64,000 nucleotides of DNA from Piedraia hortae CBS 480.64 (lineage: Eukaryota), in the NCBI GenBank assembly GCA_010093745.1, contig MU005972.1:62001-126000 (forward strand), read 5' to 3'. This document shows positions 24,904-35,520 of the stretch, piece by piece. How positions within the stretch are numbered: position 1 is the first letter of the stretch; each line of letters starts with the position of its first letter. Made by a program: the position numbers and the translations under genes. The notes under the pieces were generated by a model that was not told the origin of the DNA, ran no database searches, and saw nothing but the letters and a program-made list of their open reading frames with translations.

Positions 24904-26598
24904 ATGGCCGACGATTCCAGCGTCAACGACGATGTGCAAGAGCTGCGTACCGTCATCGGTATCGCATTTGGAAATTCGTACAGCAGCATTGCGTACATTT
25001 CAGATGACAAGGCCGAAGTGATCGCTAACGAAGAGGGTGACCGGCAGATTCCCTCCATCCTCTCATACGTCGAGGGCGACGAGGTGCACGGCACGCAGGC
25101 CAAGGCACAGGTAGTGCGCAATCCGCGGAACACAATCGCGTTTTTCCGCGAATTCATTGGAAAACGTTTCGAGGACGTCGATGTCAGCCCCTGCCATGCG
25201 TCTGCGCACCCTATGGCGCTAGAGGAGACGGTTGCCTTCAAAGTGGAGGAGATGCCGGGTACCGAGAGCACGTTGACGGTGTCCGAAGTCGTCACACGGC
25301 ATTTGCGCCGCTTGCGACAATCAGCTGAGGACTTCTTGGGCAAGAAAGTCGATGCCGCAGTCTTCACCGTTCCGGCAAATTTCAGTGACGACCAGATCAA
25401 AGCGCTCTCTGTGTCAGCCGAGGCGGCAGGTATTGAGCCATTTCAGTTTATTTCAGAGCCAGTTGCGGCGCTTCTGGCTCATGAGACGAAGCAGCAGATG
25501 CAGAAGCCGGGCTCCCCCGTGAACGACCAAATCGCGCTGGTGGCTGACCTGGGAGGCACGAGGAGCGATATCTCGGTTGTAGCCAGCCGCGCGGGCATCT
25601 ACACGACGCTGGCGACGGTCCACGACTACGAGTTCTGCGGCCAGAAATTGGATCAAGTGCTGGTCGATTATGCGGCCAAGGAGTTTCTGAAGAAGAACAA
25701 GGAGGCGACAGATCCGCGGAAGACGGCGAAGAGCCTCGCAAAGTTGACGCGGGAAGCGGAATCTGTCAAAAAGGCGCTCAGTCTGGGCTCCACGGCGACT
25801 TTCAGCATCGAGGGCCTTGTGGATGGCCTCGACTTCACTCTATCCGTCAACCGCAGCCGCTTCGAGCTGCTGGCGAACAAAGAATTCATGTCCCTCCAAC
25901 GCATGATCGAGTCAGCCGTAGAGAAGGCCGGAATGGATGTTCTGGACATTGACGAGATCCTCTTGGCTGGGGGAACGTCTCACATTCCGCGCATCGCAGC
26001 AAATCTCAAGACTCACTTCCCCGATTCTGCAGTAATTGCCCCCAGCACATCTCCCTCAGCCGTGAATCCGTCAGAACTCATTGCGCGCGGCGGAGCCATC
26101 CAGGCCAACCTCGTGTGTGCCTACGACATTGCCGACGTCCAGGAGAACACGCAGCCAGTGATAACGGTAGCCTCCCATACCAGCAAAGCAATCGGCATCG
26201 TCGATGCAGATGGCAGCTTCACCACCATACTCCCCGAGCACAGCTCGGTCCCGGCGAGGAGGACGTGCTCGGTGCCTGTGCCCAAGGGAGGCGACGTGCT
26301 CGTCCGCATAGCAGAAGGGAAACGTGAGATCATCGTCACGAAAGCCGAAGCCACGCCAAAGAACGACTCCGAAGACGATGATTCAGACGAAGAGTCTGAA
26401 CCTGCCGAGATACGTAGCAAAGCGTGGACAGCCGGGAAAGTACTCACTGAGGCTTGTCTCCGCGACGTGCCGCAAGGCGGAAAGGTGCGGATGCAACTTG
26501 ATTTGGATGCCAAAGGCGCCATGACGCTGTCGTGCATGATAGAGGGTAAAAAGGGCGGAGTCAGGGGATCGACCAAGGTAGAAGTAAACGGAGCATAG
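24904..26598 (+). CDS. SSZ1: Atypical Hsp70 of the ribosome-associated complex
   Basis: IGIAFGNSYSSIA, IANEEGDRQIPS, DLGGTRSD, GGTSHIPRIA, shortened substrate domain without lid. Confidence 0.92.
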   Translation: MADDSSVNDDVQELRTVIGIAFGNSYSSIAYISDDKAEVIANEEGDRQIPSILSYVEGDEVHGTQAKAQVVRNPRNTIAFFREFIGKRFEDVDVSPCHASAHPMALEETVAFKVEEMPGTESTLTVSEVVTRHLRRLRQSAEDFLGKKVDAAVFTVPANFSDDQIKALSVSAEAAGIEPFQFISEPVAALLAHETKQQMQKPGSPVNDQIALVADLGGTRSDISVVASRAGIYTTLATVHDYEFCGQKLDQVLVDYAAKEFLKKNKEATDPRKTAKSLAKLTREAESVKKALSLGSTATFSIEGLVDGLDFTLSVNRSRFELLANKEFMSLQRMIESAVEKAGMDVLDIDEILLAGGTSHIPRIAANLKTHFPDSAVIAPSTSPSAVNPSELIARGGAIQANLVCAYDIADVQENTQPVITVASHTSKAIGIVDADGSFTTILPEHSSVPARRTCSVPVPKGGDVLVRIAEGKREIIVTKAEATPKNDSEDDDSDEESEPAEIRSKAWTAGKVLTEACLRDVPQGGKVRMQLDLDAKGAMTLSCMIEGKKGGVRGSTKVEVNGA

Positions 26599-26611
26599 AC
26601 GTCGGGTATCT

Positions 26612-27542
26612 CTAAGAAGGCCGTCCCTGATCCCTAACGGGCAGGAAATTGCCTACAATTAACGAAGGTCTGTTGCGTCAGCCAGTCCCACCCGTCAGCG
26701 GCGGGAACAACTTACATGTTATGTCCATCTCTCCGTATGGTAAAGGATACGGCGCACTTTGTCGTCTCGCCGTGCGTGTCTTGGATGGTGCAGCCCATTA
26801 ACACGGCTTTCTGGTCCATCTCGAACGCAATCTTGGCAAACTTTTCCCAATAATCCACCAGCGAAGCTTCACACAAAATCTCCTGAAGAGCCAGAGACCC
26901 GTCTCGAAGCGTTCCAACTTTTCTCCCAATCAACTGTGCCATTTCTCGATTTCCACGACACACCTCCCCTGTGCGTCTCCAGCAACAGGCCGGAATCGCC
27001 ATGCTCGCAAACACACGGTCATACTGCATCAGCAATCGCTCAAACCAGACTTCGACCAGGATCAGCTGGAGGTCGGTGAGTGACTGCATGGCTTCGCGGA
27101 ATTTGGGGCGGAAGCGGGCTAGCTGATTTGTGATCTTCACCTGCGAACTTGATGTCAGGTGCGTAGACATGTACTTTTGTAGGCGAGAGTAGCCTGCCAC
27201 GTAGTTGAATGGCTTGAGCAACCCAGCCTCGTACTTGGCGTGTAGCAACTGGCGCAGTCGGTCAGAGGCCCCACCTGGCACTGTTGGGTCTGCTGCGGTG
27301 AGATAGAATCTTTCATGTCGTGCATTATCGTCGTTGGGGGCAGCCTGGGGTTGAGGTGGAGGTTGAACTGCAGGAGGCATGTAGCTAGTTGCGTCTGGCA
27401 ACAGAATGGACGAAGAAAGGAAGTTATTCAGTAAATTATACTCATTTGTCATTTCGGATGTGTTGAAGAGGTAGTTTGTAGGCATTGTATTCCAGTCTTC
27501 TAGCGGTTGATGGTGTTGATTTTGCTGATTTTGTTCTTGTTC

Positions 27543-27616
<74 letters not shown>

Positions 27617-27923
27617 GCTGCTGCTGCTGCGGCTGTTGTTGCTGTTGTTGATGTTCAACCGAGGCCTGCAGCTGTGGCTGAATGGTTCTCTGGCTTTGGG
27701 GAGATTGAAGAGATTTACTTCTACTTCTCTGCCTCATTTTCCGAGACTCGTCCCGACACAAGTGGCCTATATCTCTCTTAATACACCGTGAACAAGGCCG
27801 ATCCAGATCGCACGTCATATGCGATCTCCGGCAGTAGATGCATGCATGGTCAACTTTGCGACGCTTTTTATGATATTCATTCGGACTGGAATCCTTCTCG
27901 TCCAGGCCTTTCTTCGCCGCCAT
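26612..27923 (-). CDS. acuM: Zn2Cys6-PAS gluconeogenesis transcription factor (AcuM/Rds2-like)
   Basis: KRRKVDHACIYCRRSHMTCDLDRPCSRC, FYLTAADP, GLLKPFNYV, PACCWRRTGE; intron 26670-26715 gives the C-terminal PSLIVGNFLP. Confidence 0.88.
27543..27629 (-). repeat. (CAG)4(CAA)25 coding microsatellite encoding Q29
   Basis: Perfect TTG x25 (27543-27617) plus CTG x4 on the + strand. Confidence 0.97.
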
Positions 27924-28087
27924 ATTCACTGTTCCTCTAACTCGGTATTCGTGTAACCTTCACTTGCCCCTCGGCCCCGCAAGTCATCGGACGGCCCGCT
28001 CCGGCCGAGGTGTCATCGATCCAGTCAAATGGATAGGGTTAGATCTTCCAAAGTGGGGTCAGCCGTTTGCAACTCCATCCGCACGCA

Positions 28088-28799
28088 ATGGCCGCCCCGC
28101 TGACGTGGGAAGGCAGCGCTGATTCTCGTCCGGTTGTATCGTCACGCCTGCCAGATGAGGTTGTTGCGTGTCTGCAAAACTCACGCTACGTAGGTGAAAA
28201 CTCTTCCCTTTGGGTGGCCTCCCCTTGACCAAGATACGCAGCTTCATCTGGCAACATGCCTGGACAACCGCCCGCATTTATCGCTGATGAGATACACCTA
28301 TCTGTCAAACAGTCCATTCCCCGCTTCTCTCCCCAAAGGGCCCTTTGTGATAATGACATCTAATCAATCGTCCATCAAAACCACCAATCTCGCCAAAAAC
28401 CCCAACGCCAGCCTCCTCGTTCACGACTGGGTCTCTAGCCGGCCGCCGGGCGATCGTGATCGGAGTCCAGAGGGGAGACGACATAGCAGCTTGGCCACCA
28501 TGCTAATGCAGATGAACTCAGCTGCTGTTAGTAGCATCAGCGTGACCATCAACGGGGGCGCCACTGTACTTGAGCCAGGCACGGACGAGGACAAATGGTG
28601 TCGTGAGCAACACCTGCTGAACAACGACTTTGATGATGCTGGGGAGGCGATGTTGGGCACGAGCCCGACGACAGCGCGAGTCAACGGGAGCAGGGAAAGC
28701 TATTTGGCGAACCGGGACGTGCGGGTGGTGGTGGTGAAGATTAACGATGGAAGGATCAGCGATTGGAAGGGGCAGATTAAAGACTTTGCAATCGGTTGA
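28088..28799 (+). CDS. Pyridoxamine 5'-phosphate oxidase-like FMN-binding protein, YLR456W-like (MAT-flanking 'ORF1' family)
   Basis: LPDEVVACLQNSRY|LHLATC..PHLSLM, NPNASLLVHDWV, SISVTING; intron 28190-28241. Confidence 0.88.
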
Positions 28800-28953
28800 A
28801 ATTGTGAAGCTATTGATGAATGATGTACATTTGACTGCTCATGCACTCGTGTACGTTTAACTGCGTAATGTTTTTGTATCAATTTAAATATATTTGGCAA
28901 GTGCGTCACCCTGCAGCGCGCTTGGCCAACAATTAGCAGGCAGCGCGCATCGG

Positions 28954-29005
28954 CCTCGACCCTCGACCCTCGACCCTCGACCATCCACACTCGACGCTCG
29001 ACGCT
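28954..29005 (+). repeat. Heptamer tandem repeat (CCTCGAC)4 plus degenerate CTCGACG copies
   Basis: Read directly, just upstream of the RGD1 ATG. Confidence 0.85.
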
Positions 29006-29018
29006 CGGCACTCGCTCA

Positions 29019-30951
29019 ATGGACACGGACGGCATCGCCAATGGACCTGCCGCCGGCAGCCCAACGGTCGCTTCGCCCACTGGTCGACCGGAGGCCGTCG
29101 ACGACGTCATGTACAGCGACATCGGCATCACGACGCTCCTCAACCGGCTGAAGCAGTCGATAGCATCGGCCCGCGACTTTGCTGCCTTTCTTAAGCGACG
29201 GTCAAAGCTGGAAGAGGACCACGCGGCAGGACTGAAAAATGTCGCACGCATCCAGTTGGAACTCGTGCGACGCGCCGAGTCGCGCGGCGAGTCCTACGCC
29301 GCCCAGCTGACCGAAGCGCTTCGCACTCACGAGCGCATGAGCGACAACGGCATGCAATTCGCACTGTCGCTGCATCAGATGCATGAGGACCTCAACGTGC
29401 TGAGCAGCAACATGGAACGCGACCGCAAGACACTGAAGCGCGATGGGCTCGACGCTGAGAAGAGAGCAGCCGACGCGCTGGCCGCCATGTCCAAGGCCAA
29501 GGCGCGCTATGATGGTCTGGCCGAGGACTACGACCGCGCGCGCACGGGAGACGCCAAGGGCCGTCGAATTGGTCTCAAAGGTCCCAAAAGCGCCGAGCAG
29601 TACGAGAGCGACCTATTGCGCAAGGTGCAGGCCGCTGACGCCGACTACGAGGAAAAGGTGCGCCTGGCAAAGTCGCAGCGCGAAACGCTGCTCAATGAAC
29701 AGCGACCGCGAATCGTCCGCGCCCTTGAAGAGCTCTGCCGCGAATGCGATTCGGGCTTGACACTGCAGCTGCAAAAGTACGCGGCTTTCAACGAGAAGCT
29801 GCTGCTCGGCAACGGCATTGCTGTGTCGCCGCTGCAGGCCAAGGATGGCCGACGTGGTCTGCGTGATCTTATCTATGACATCGACAACGACGCCGACTTC
29901 CAGTCGTACATGACGCGCCACCAGGCCAAGGTCCCGCCGCGGCCCAGCGAGATCCAGTACGAGAAACACTCGACCTTTGCCCCTAAGACGCAGCAGCCGG
30001 CCCAACCAACACCCACTCAGCTTCCTGTGCGCGGTACGAGTGCGTCACAGCCGGGCTCGGCTAGCAGTCGACTGGGTGCCATGCTTCCAGGGCCCATTGT
30101 GGCGCCGTCGCAGCCCATGGACTACCATGATGATGCGGAGCAGCCGCGGAGCCCTATCAGTCCTGTGCAGCCAGCTCACAACATACAGCCGGTCGCAGCT
30201 TCCGCTCCTGCTCCTGCTCCTCCTCTGGCTGAAAGACCTCCGCTACGCCCCGTTTTTGGCGTCTCGTTAAACGATCTTTTCGCTCGAGATCAAAGCGCGG
30301 TACCCATAGTCGTGATCCAGTGCATCCTTGCCGTTGACCATTTCGGTCTCAATGTCGAGGGAATCTATCGACTCAGCGGAACGAGCTCCCACGTACGATA
30401 ATCCCCCGTTTGCGAAGATGCAGCTGACAGTAGCCGTGATGCAGGTAACGGCTCTCCGCAATACCTTTGACAACAATCCAGGAAACCTCGACTTCCGCAA
30501 TCCTGAGTCTTTCCACCACGACGTCAACGCCGTAACAACGCTGATGAAACAATTCTTCCGTGAGTTGCCTGATCCCTTGTTCCCGCAGAATGACTATGCG
30601 ACCTTTATCGCCGCCGGCAAGGTGGCAGATGATGCCACCCGCAGAGACTCGCTGCATCAAGCCATCAATGACCTTCCAGACCCCCATTATGCCACCCTCC
30701 GCGCTTTAGTTTTACACCTGCATAGAGTCATGATGCACGAGCGTTCGAACAGAATGGGGTCTGCAAATCTTGCACTTTGTCTGGCGTAAGTACCTGTTCT
30801 GCATCCCCTTTAGAGAAGCCTGCTGATGTAGCCCAAAAGGCCGAGCTTAATGGGCACCCACAAAGACAGCCAGGTTTCAGATGCGGCTCTGCAGACTAGA
30901 GTCGTCCAGACAATCTTGGATAATGCCACTGCAATCTTTGATGAGGATTAA
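29019..30951 (+). CDS. RGD1: F-BAR/RhoGAP protein
   Basis: YSDIGITTLLNRLKQSI F-BAR start, PVFGVSL, EGIYRLSG arginine finger, KQFFRELPDPL, NRM; introns 30393-30444 and 30786-30839. Confidence 0.92.
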
Positions 30952-31527
30952 CTGCCTATGGAGAAGAAGGGATATTCATTTTGAAAGCCCTATTACCTAG
31001 GGCGAGGGCGTAATATTCATCATGGGGCCGGGAAAGAACGGACTGTACTTGTCGAGACTGAAGAGAGTCGTTTCCATCTCTAAACCTAAGAAGTTCGAGG
31101 TTGTACTCGTAGAGCTACATCGTTATGATAAGATGGCGGTTCGAAAGTTGTGGGGACGTTGAAGCCACTAACCTCGGCTGCTTGTGGTGGTTCGCTTACA
31201 GTATCCTATTAAGCCCTTCCCCCCCACCCCCCCAAACCTTGCAGTAGCATGAAACTGGACCAGTGGGGACCCTCTACAAGGTAGAACAACCTGGTGAAAC
31301 CAGTTGCTTCACTTGACTATTACTCCAGGGCTTTTTGGTCGGGTGAAGAACCAAGAGTGGCAACAAGCTTTCATCATGTCCAATGGACTTCACGCATGTG
31401 TCGACGCGACGAGATGTAGTGGCATTCGCATTGGCATCCAACCCAAATTCGAATTTTATATGACAGTGCGTAATTGACCGTTGTAAAGCCATCATATAAC
31501 TTGAATTCGGTGCGACTGAGGCAGGAG

Positions 31528-32672
31528 ATGTACCTTCCTCCCGGGAATCGCCCAGCGTTCCATCTCCAGGTAGGTAGGTCGCGGATCCTTGACGCCAGTC
31601 TCCCATATGCCAAGTGACAAGTCAGCATTCAACCGTTGCCACGGATACTGTCACTTGCTTTCATCAAGTCGCTGATCGTAGACGAGCAATGGCAGCGCGT
31701 GGATCATTTCAAATTACTAGCCTAGAGAGATAGCTGCTTCGCTTCAGGCAGGAAACTGATCCCCCAGAATTTTCACATGCTGGACCATTGAAAACCGTTG
31801 GAACCGTTTTGGACGTTGCCTCGTTGTCTTGCGAAGCTAGCCACAAAGCATACCTGAAGCCATGAGGAGCTAATGAGTCTTTTTTCGAACGACGAGTGCT
31901 CCAAGAAACTTGGCGTTATACACTTAGATATGATCCTACGTCCTTCTCTTTCTCTTTCCTCACACTCCTCCCCATGCCTTCAGTGATATATTCTTCTTTG
32001 GGATAGATACCCGTACCAAATGGCAATCCGGAATCGAGCAATGGGTCCTCGTTTGCACTGCTCGTATGCAGTGGCGTGCATTGCTGGGCGTTGCATATCA
32101 GACGTCCATCCAACGAGCAAGGGATTTGAACGGCTGATGCCAGCCCTCTGAGCAAGCAAAATGTCATGATACACCTGCGTTTTTTCAACTGGCATACTAA
32201 CGACACGCTAGGCGTCTGAGCCAACATTGAGCCAAAACCTTTCGATGAGGCCATTCAAATGCGCGTCGATGGCGCGTGAGTCGTTTGCCTTGAACACCCA
32301 ATGCTCCTTGCTAATCACTCGACAGCATGGATTACATCGGAGATGTCCTGGACTATGAATGGACCGAGCGTTACATGGGAATCTCTCTTGTGCTTTTGAA
32401 GTATGCTTTGACGCCGACGCATGATTACGCCAACTGGGACCCTAGCCAGCACAGCATTCCTGTCAAGCTCGTCTGGAAGGGTGGAGAACACAACCTTTGC
32501 TACATCCGCCAACGCGATTCGTTGGTACTGCCAAGAAGAGTCATCCTTGACAGCATGTTGAGCATTGCTTCTGGGTACAGGGAACCGTGGTAGGATTTCC
32601 GGAGGGAGAGCAATGCTCAACTGACGACTTTTGAGGATAAAGAGGCCTCAACTACCGTGGGTGCATACGTGA
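31528..32672 (+). pseudogene. Spliced, stop-interrupted gene resembling auxiliary mating-type gene MAT1-1-4/MAT1-1-7
   Basis: Conceptual translation SIQPLPRIL..QWQRV..LLA*..FWTLP..SFALLVC..WALHIRRPS..HLRFFNW..DGA|MDYIGDVLDYEW..YREPW|IKRPQ; introns 32276-32325 (canonical), 32590-32635 (GAG acceptor) and probably 31940-31983; in-frame stops at 31723, 31789, 31855, 32127, 32217. Family match is from recalled motifs plus synteny; start is uncertain. Confidence 0.6.
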
Positions 32673-32967
32673 AAATGATTGGGACCCGAAATATTGTGGA
32701 AGACCTGTAATGTTCGGACATGACAGCGTGGATGGTGTGAACATGGCAAAGTCAGGAGAAAGAACAAGAAAAAAGCGAATTGGAAAAGACTTGGGGAAGA
32801 ACAGTGGTGTTCAGACGAAACATCAAAAATGAAAAAAAAAAACCCAGCGAAAATGGCGAAAAAAAGTTTGGAACGGTCGAGAAAGACGTGAAGTGGAAGT
32901 GACGATAGGGAGTGACAGCCAAGCGAATGTTGGGACGAACGTGCAGTATTGAAAGCAGCCAATCAAC

Positions 32968-33002
32968 CTCACATCTCACATCTCACATCTCACATCTCAC
33001 AT
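32968..33002 (+). repeat. (CTCACAT)5 perfect heptamer repeat
   Basis: Read directly. Confidence 0.95.
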
Positions 33003-33324
33003 GCTGGCCAGAGTTAGATTTCACAAGTTGCGATATGATTCACAACCAATGTTGTTCAGCTCTCTGGATTTCGAAGGGGGTGGCGCGCCTCTGTCTTCAA
33101 TCTCATGCAATTAAGATCGAGTCAATGGCGACTCCGTAAGTTCGAGACGAATGAACCTTCATGACCATCCCGCCATTCGACGAGACGGTTCCAATACACA
33201 GGATTAATCATCGTTATCACTACGCCATGTACCCATATCGTGCAACACAACTTTCATTAGCATTAGAATCCCCCATGAACTCCGAATTGCTCCCTCCGCA
33301 ACTCCAATTCTCCAAGAAGTATCG

Positions 33325-35196
33325 TCATCGTCCAGATAGAAATTGGCTCATCTCGACCTCTTCCCTTTTGCTACCGTTTCTACTTCCCTTGTTGCTCGCA
33401 CTCGTGCCGTTACGCTCCGCCACATAGCGGCTCTTGTTATCCGCTTTTCTGACCTTTTTCCTTTCCGTGAAACCGAGACGCTGATCGCCCATCTCGTACC
33501 GCTTCTTGAATTGGAGAAAGCTCATCGGTCGTGGCCGTCCGATCGCAGCGAGAATGCTCCACAGCTTCCCTTCCATGGCAAATGGACGATGGCGCTCCGC
33601 CTGCAGAAACTTTTGCGAGTTGAGGTACTCTCTCGTCGTCTCGCCGCGAGCCATGAGGAAGATGTGATATAGAAATAGGGAGCCGGGATAGGGCAGTGCA
33701 AGAACTCCGTAGACGAACATGGCAAAAGCGACGCGTTCCTGCACACGGCCATTGAAGACGGCCGTTGAAAAGGAAAGATGCGCATTCATCGCGTAAAGGA
33801 TGATGTGCGTGATGCTAAAGGCAAGCAACAGCAAACAAAGCAAAGCGGTGGAGCCCACAAAAGTGAGGAAGTAGCGATAGTTGCGCCTTCCAACGCAGTT
33901 ATTCAGCCACACACAGTGATGATCTTGAGTGTCGATGCAGGCGTCGCAGATGCGGCAATGGTGGGCGCGCGGAGGACGCCAGATCATGCAGGTTGTGCAG
34001 TATTTGGTGGGCACCTCCATGGCTGGCGGGGAGCTGAGGCCCTCTTCGCTATGGGGATGTTTGCGCGTAAAGGTCCGGATTAGGACCCAATCTGTCGTAG
34101 GCGGGCCGAGAGCGAGTGGATCGCGCGCCTCAGCCGGCGTAATTGGTTGAATGTGAATATTCCGCGGCAGAATGCCAGGGTCGGAGAAGGCGGCGTGTAG
34201 GAAAGAGGAAAGGCAGATGTAGGAGAAGTAGGCAAAGATGATGGGCAAAGCGGGAGATACGTGGTGCCAGAGCCAAGGCGCAGAGAAGACGCAGAATAAG
34301 GCGACCGGCAAGAGCATGAGGACGAGCGTGAGAGTATTGAGTGGCTTTGCCTTGGTGTTGAGGCAGCGGCCCTCGACGAAAAAGAGCATGTTGCCTGCGA
34401 AATATTCGTAGTTCTTGCCTGCACCGGCTGCAGCTGGTGGGAAGAAGGGCCTCTCTGCAGTTTTGGGGGTGGAAACGGCAGAGTTGACCATTTCATGCCG
34501 GCCCGAATGCTGGTCTAGCCTCAAAGATGTACGCAGAGACTTTGGCGATGCTGGATTCGGGCTCACGGCAGTGTGCGGCTTCCAATGCTGGGGCTTTGAC
34601 TGGTTCAAAGGCATCGTGCTCTCTGAAACATCGGCACGACGCACTTCGCCCGCTCCAGCAGCCAATGGCGGCGATTGACGTCCCGGACCTTGCTCAGCAT
34701 GGTCTGCGCGAAGAGTATAGACAGACGCTACACTGCGCCGGTTCTGAGCGCCCGAGTCCTCGCTGCACCTCTTGATGGTCGTGGGCGACGGTTGCCGCTG
34801 CGGCTGCGCTTTCTGACTGTTCATCGGGTGAAATACGGCCTGTGCTGCCAGAGAAGGCACATGTGTCTGCGAAGTCAAGGACAAATCATTGTGTCCGTCG
34901 CGCAAGCTGGTGTGCGCCGTGGAATCGCGCGGCAGTACCGGCGCGGTTTTTACGTTTTGGGAAGGCACGCTGGTGGGCCGCGCTGGCGGGAGTCCCGTCT
35001 CCCCCACCGGCCCCGAAAGCCCCGCAATCGTCCCCTTTGCATTATCTGCCCCCAGGTCAAATGTCGTGTCTGTCATGGCCGACCCGGCTGAGATGGGTCG
35101 GCCATGACCCGTGTCCGGGAACGGATCGGTGTCCAAAAAGGTGGGTAGTGCGCTGGTGGCGGCTTCTGACCGTTTATCGCCCATCCATGGGTCCAT
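33325..35196 (-). CDS. ERF2: DHHC palmitoyltransferase
   Basis: GKNYEYFAGN, SDPGILPRN, KYCTTCMIWRPPRAHHC..DHHCVWLNNCVGRRNYRYF, GETTREYLN. Confidence 0.93.
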   Translation of the reverse strand: MDPWMGDKRSEAATSALPTFLDTDPFPDTGHGRPISAGSAMTDTTFDLGADNAKGTIAGLSGPVGETGLPPARPTSVPSQNVKTAPVLPRDSTAHTSLRDGHNDLSLTSQTHVPSLAAQAVFHPMNSQKAQPQRQPSPTTIKRCSEDSGAQNRRSVASVYTLRADHAEQGPGRQSPPLAAGAGEVRRADVSESTMPLNQSKPQHWKPHTAVSPNPASPKSLRTSLRLDQHSGRHEMVNSAVSTPKTAERPFFPPAAAGAGKNYEYFAGNMLFFVEGRCLNTKAKPLNTLTLVLMLLPVALFCVFSAPWLWHHVSPALPIIFAYFSYICLSSFLHAAFSDPGILPRNIHIQPITPAEARDPLALGPPTTDWVLIRTFTRKHPHSEEGLSSPPAMEVPTKYCTTCMIWRPPRAHHCRICDACIDTQDHHCVWLNNCVGRRNYRYFLTFVGSTALLCLLLLAFSITHIILYAMNAHLSFSTAVFNGRVQERVAFAMFVYGVLALPYPGSLFLYHIFLMARGETTREYLNSQKFLQAERHRPFAMEGKLWSILAAIGRPRPMSFLQFKKRYEMGDQRLGFTERKKVRKADNKSRYVAERNGTSASNKGSRNGSKREEVEMSQFLSGR

Positions 35197-35520
35197 CACA
35201 GCCGCCGTGGCTCGTCGATTGCGTCGTCCCGGGCGCCGATATCATAATCTTTCTTCAGCCGTGCTCTGTGTTCACCTCGTCGCACCCAAATGGGACGGAA
35301 CGTATACTACGGTTTGTACAGTCTTGTTTGACTCCACTTTCTGTGTTATTCCTCCTATTGTGCTGCCGTTGAGTCGTTTGCGTCGACCCACGTGAGGGAG
35401 ATGGAAAGGGGGAGGAGGGGGGGGGGAAGTCGGCAACTGCCGACGCTAATTCCCAGCACGGACTAGCGCTCCCGTTCTCCTCTGACCAGACAGCTCCACT
35501 TCACCCTACAACCGAACATC

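Noticed and set aside
24790..25400. Long N-terminal extension of the 542-aa minus-strand ORF
   Set aside because: Antisense shadow of SSZ1; CAB2 homology starts near 24758
27485..27791. Poly-Val and poly-Leu ORFs
   Set aside because: Alternative frames of the CAA microsatellite
31000..33300. RIP-degraded transposon in the gap
   Set aside because: Not strongly AT- or TpA-enriched, no terminal repeats or transposase/RT motifs; better explained by the spliced MAT-like frame
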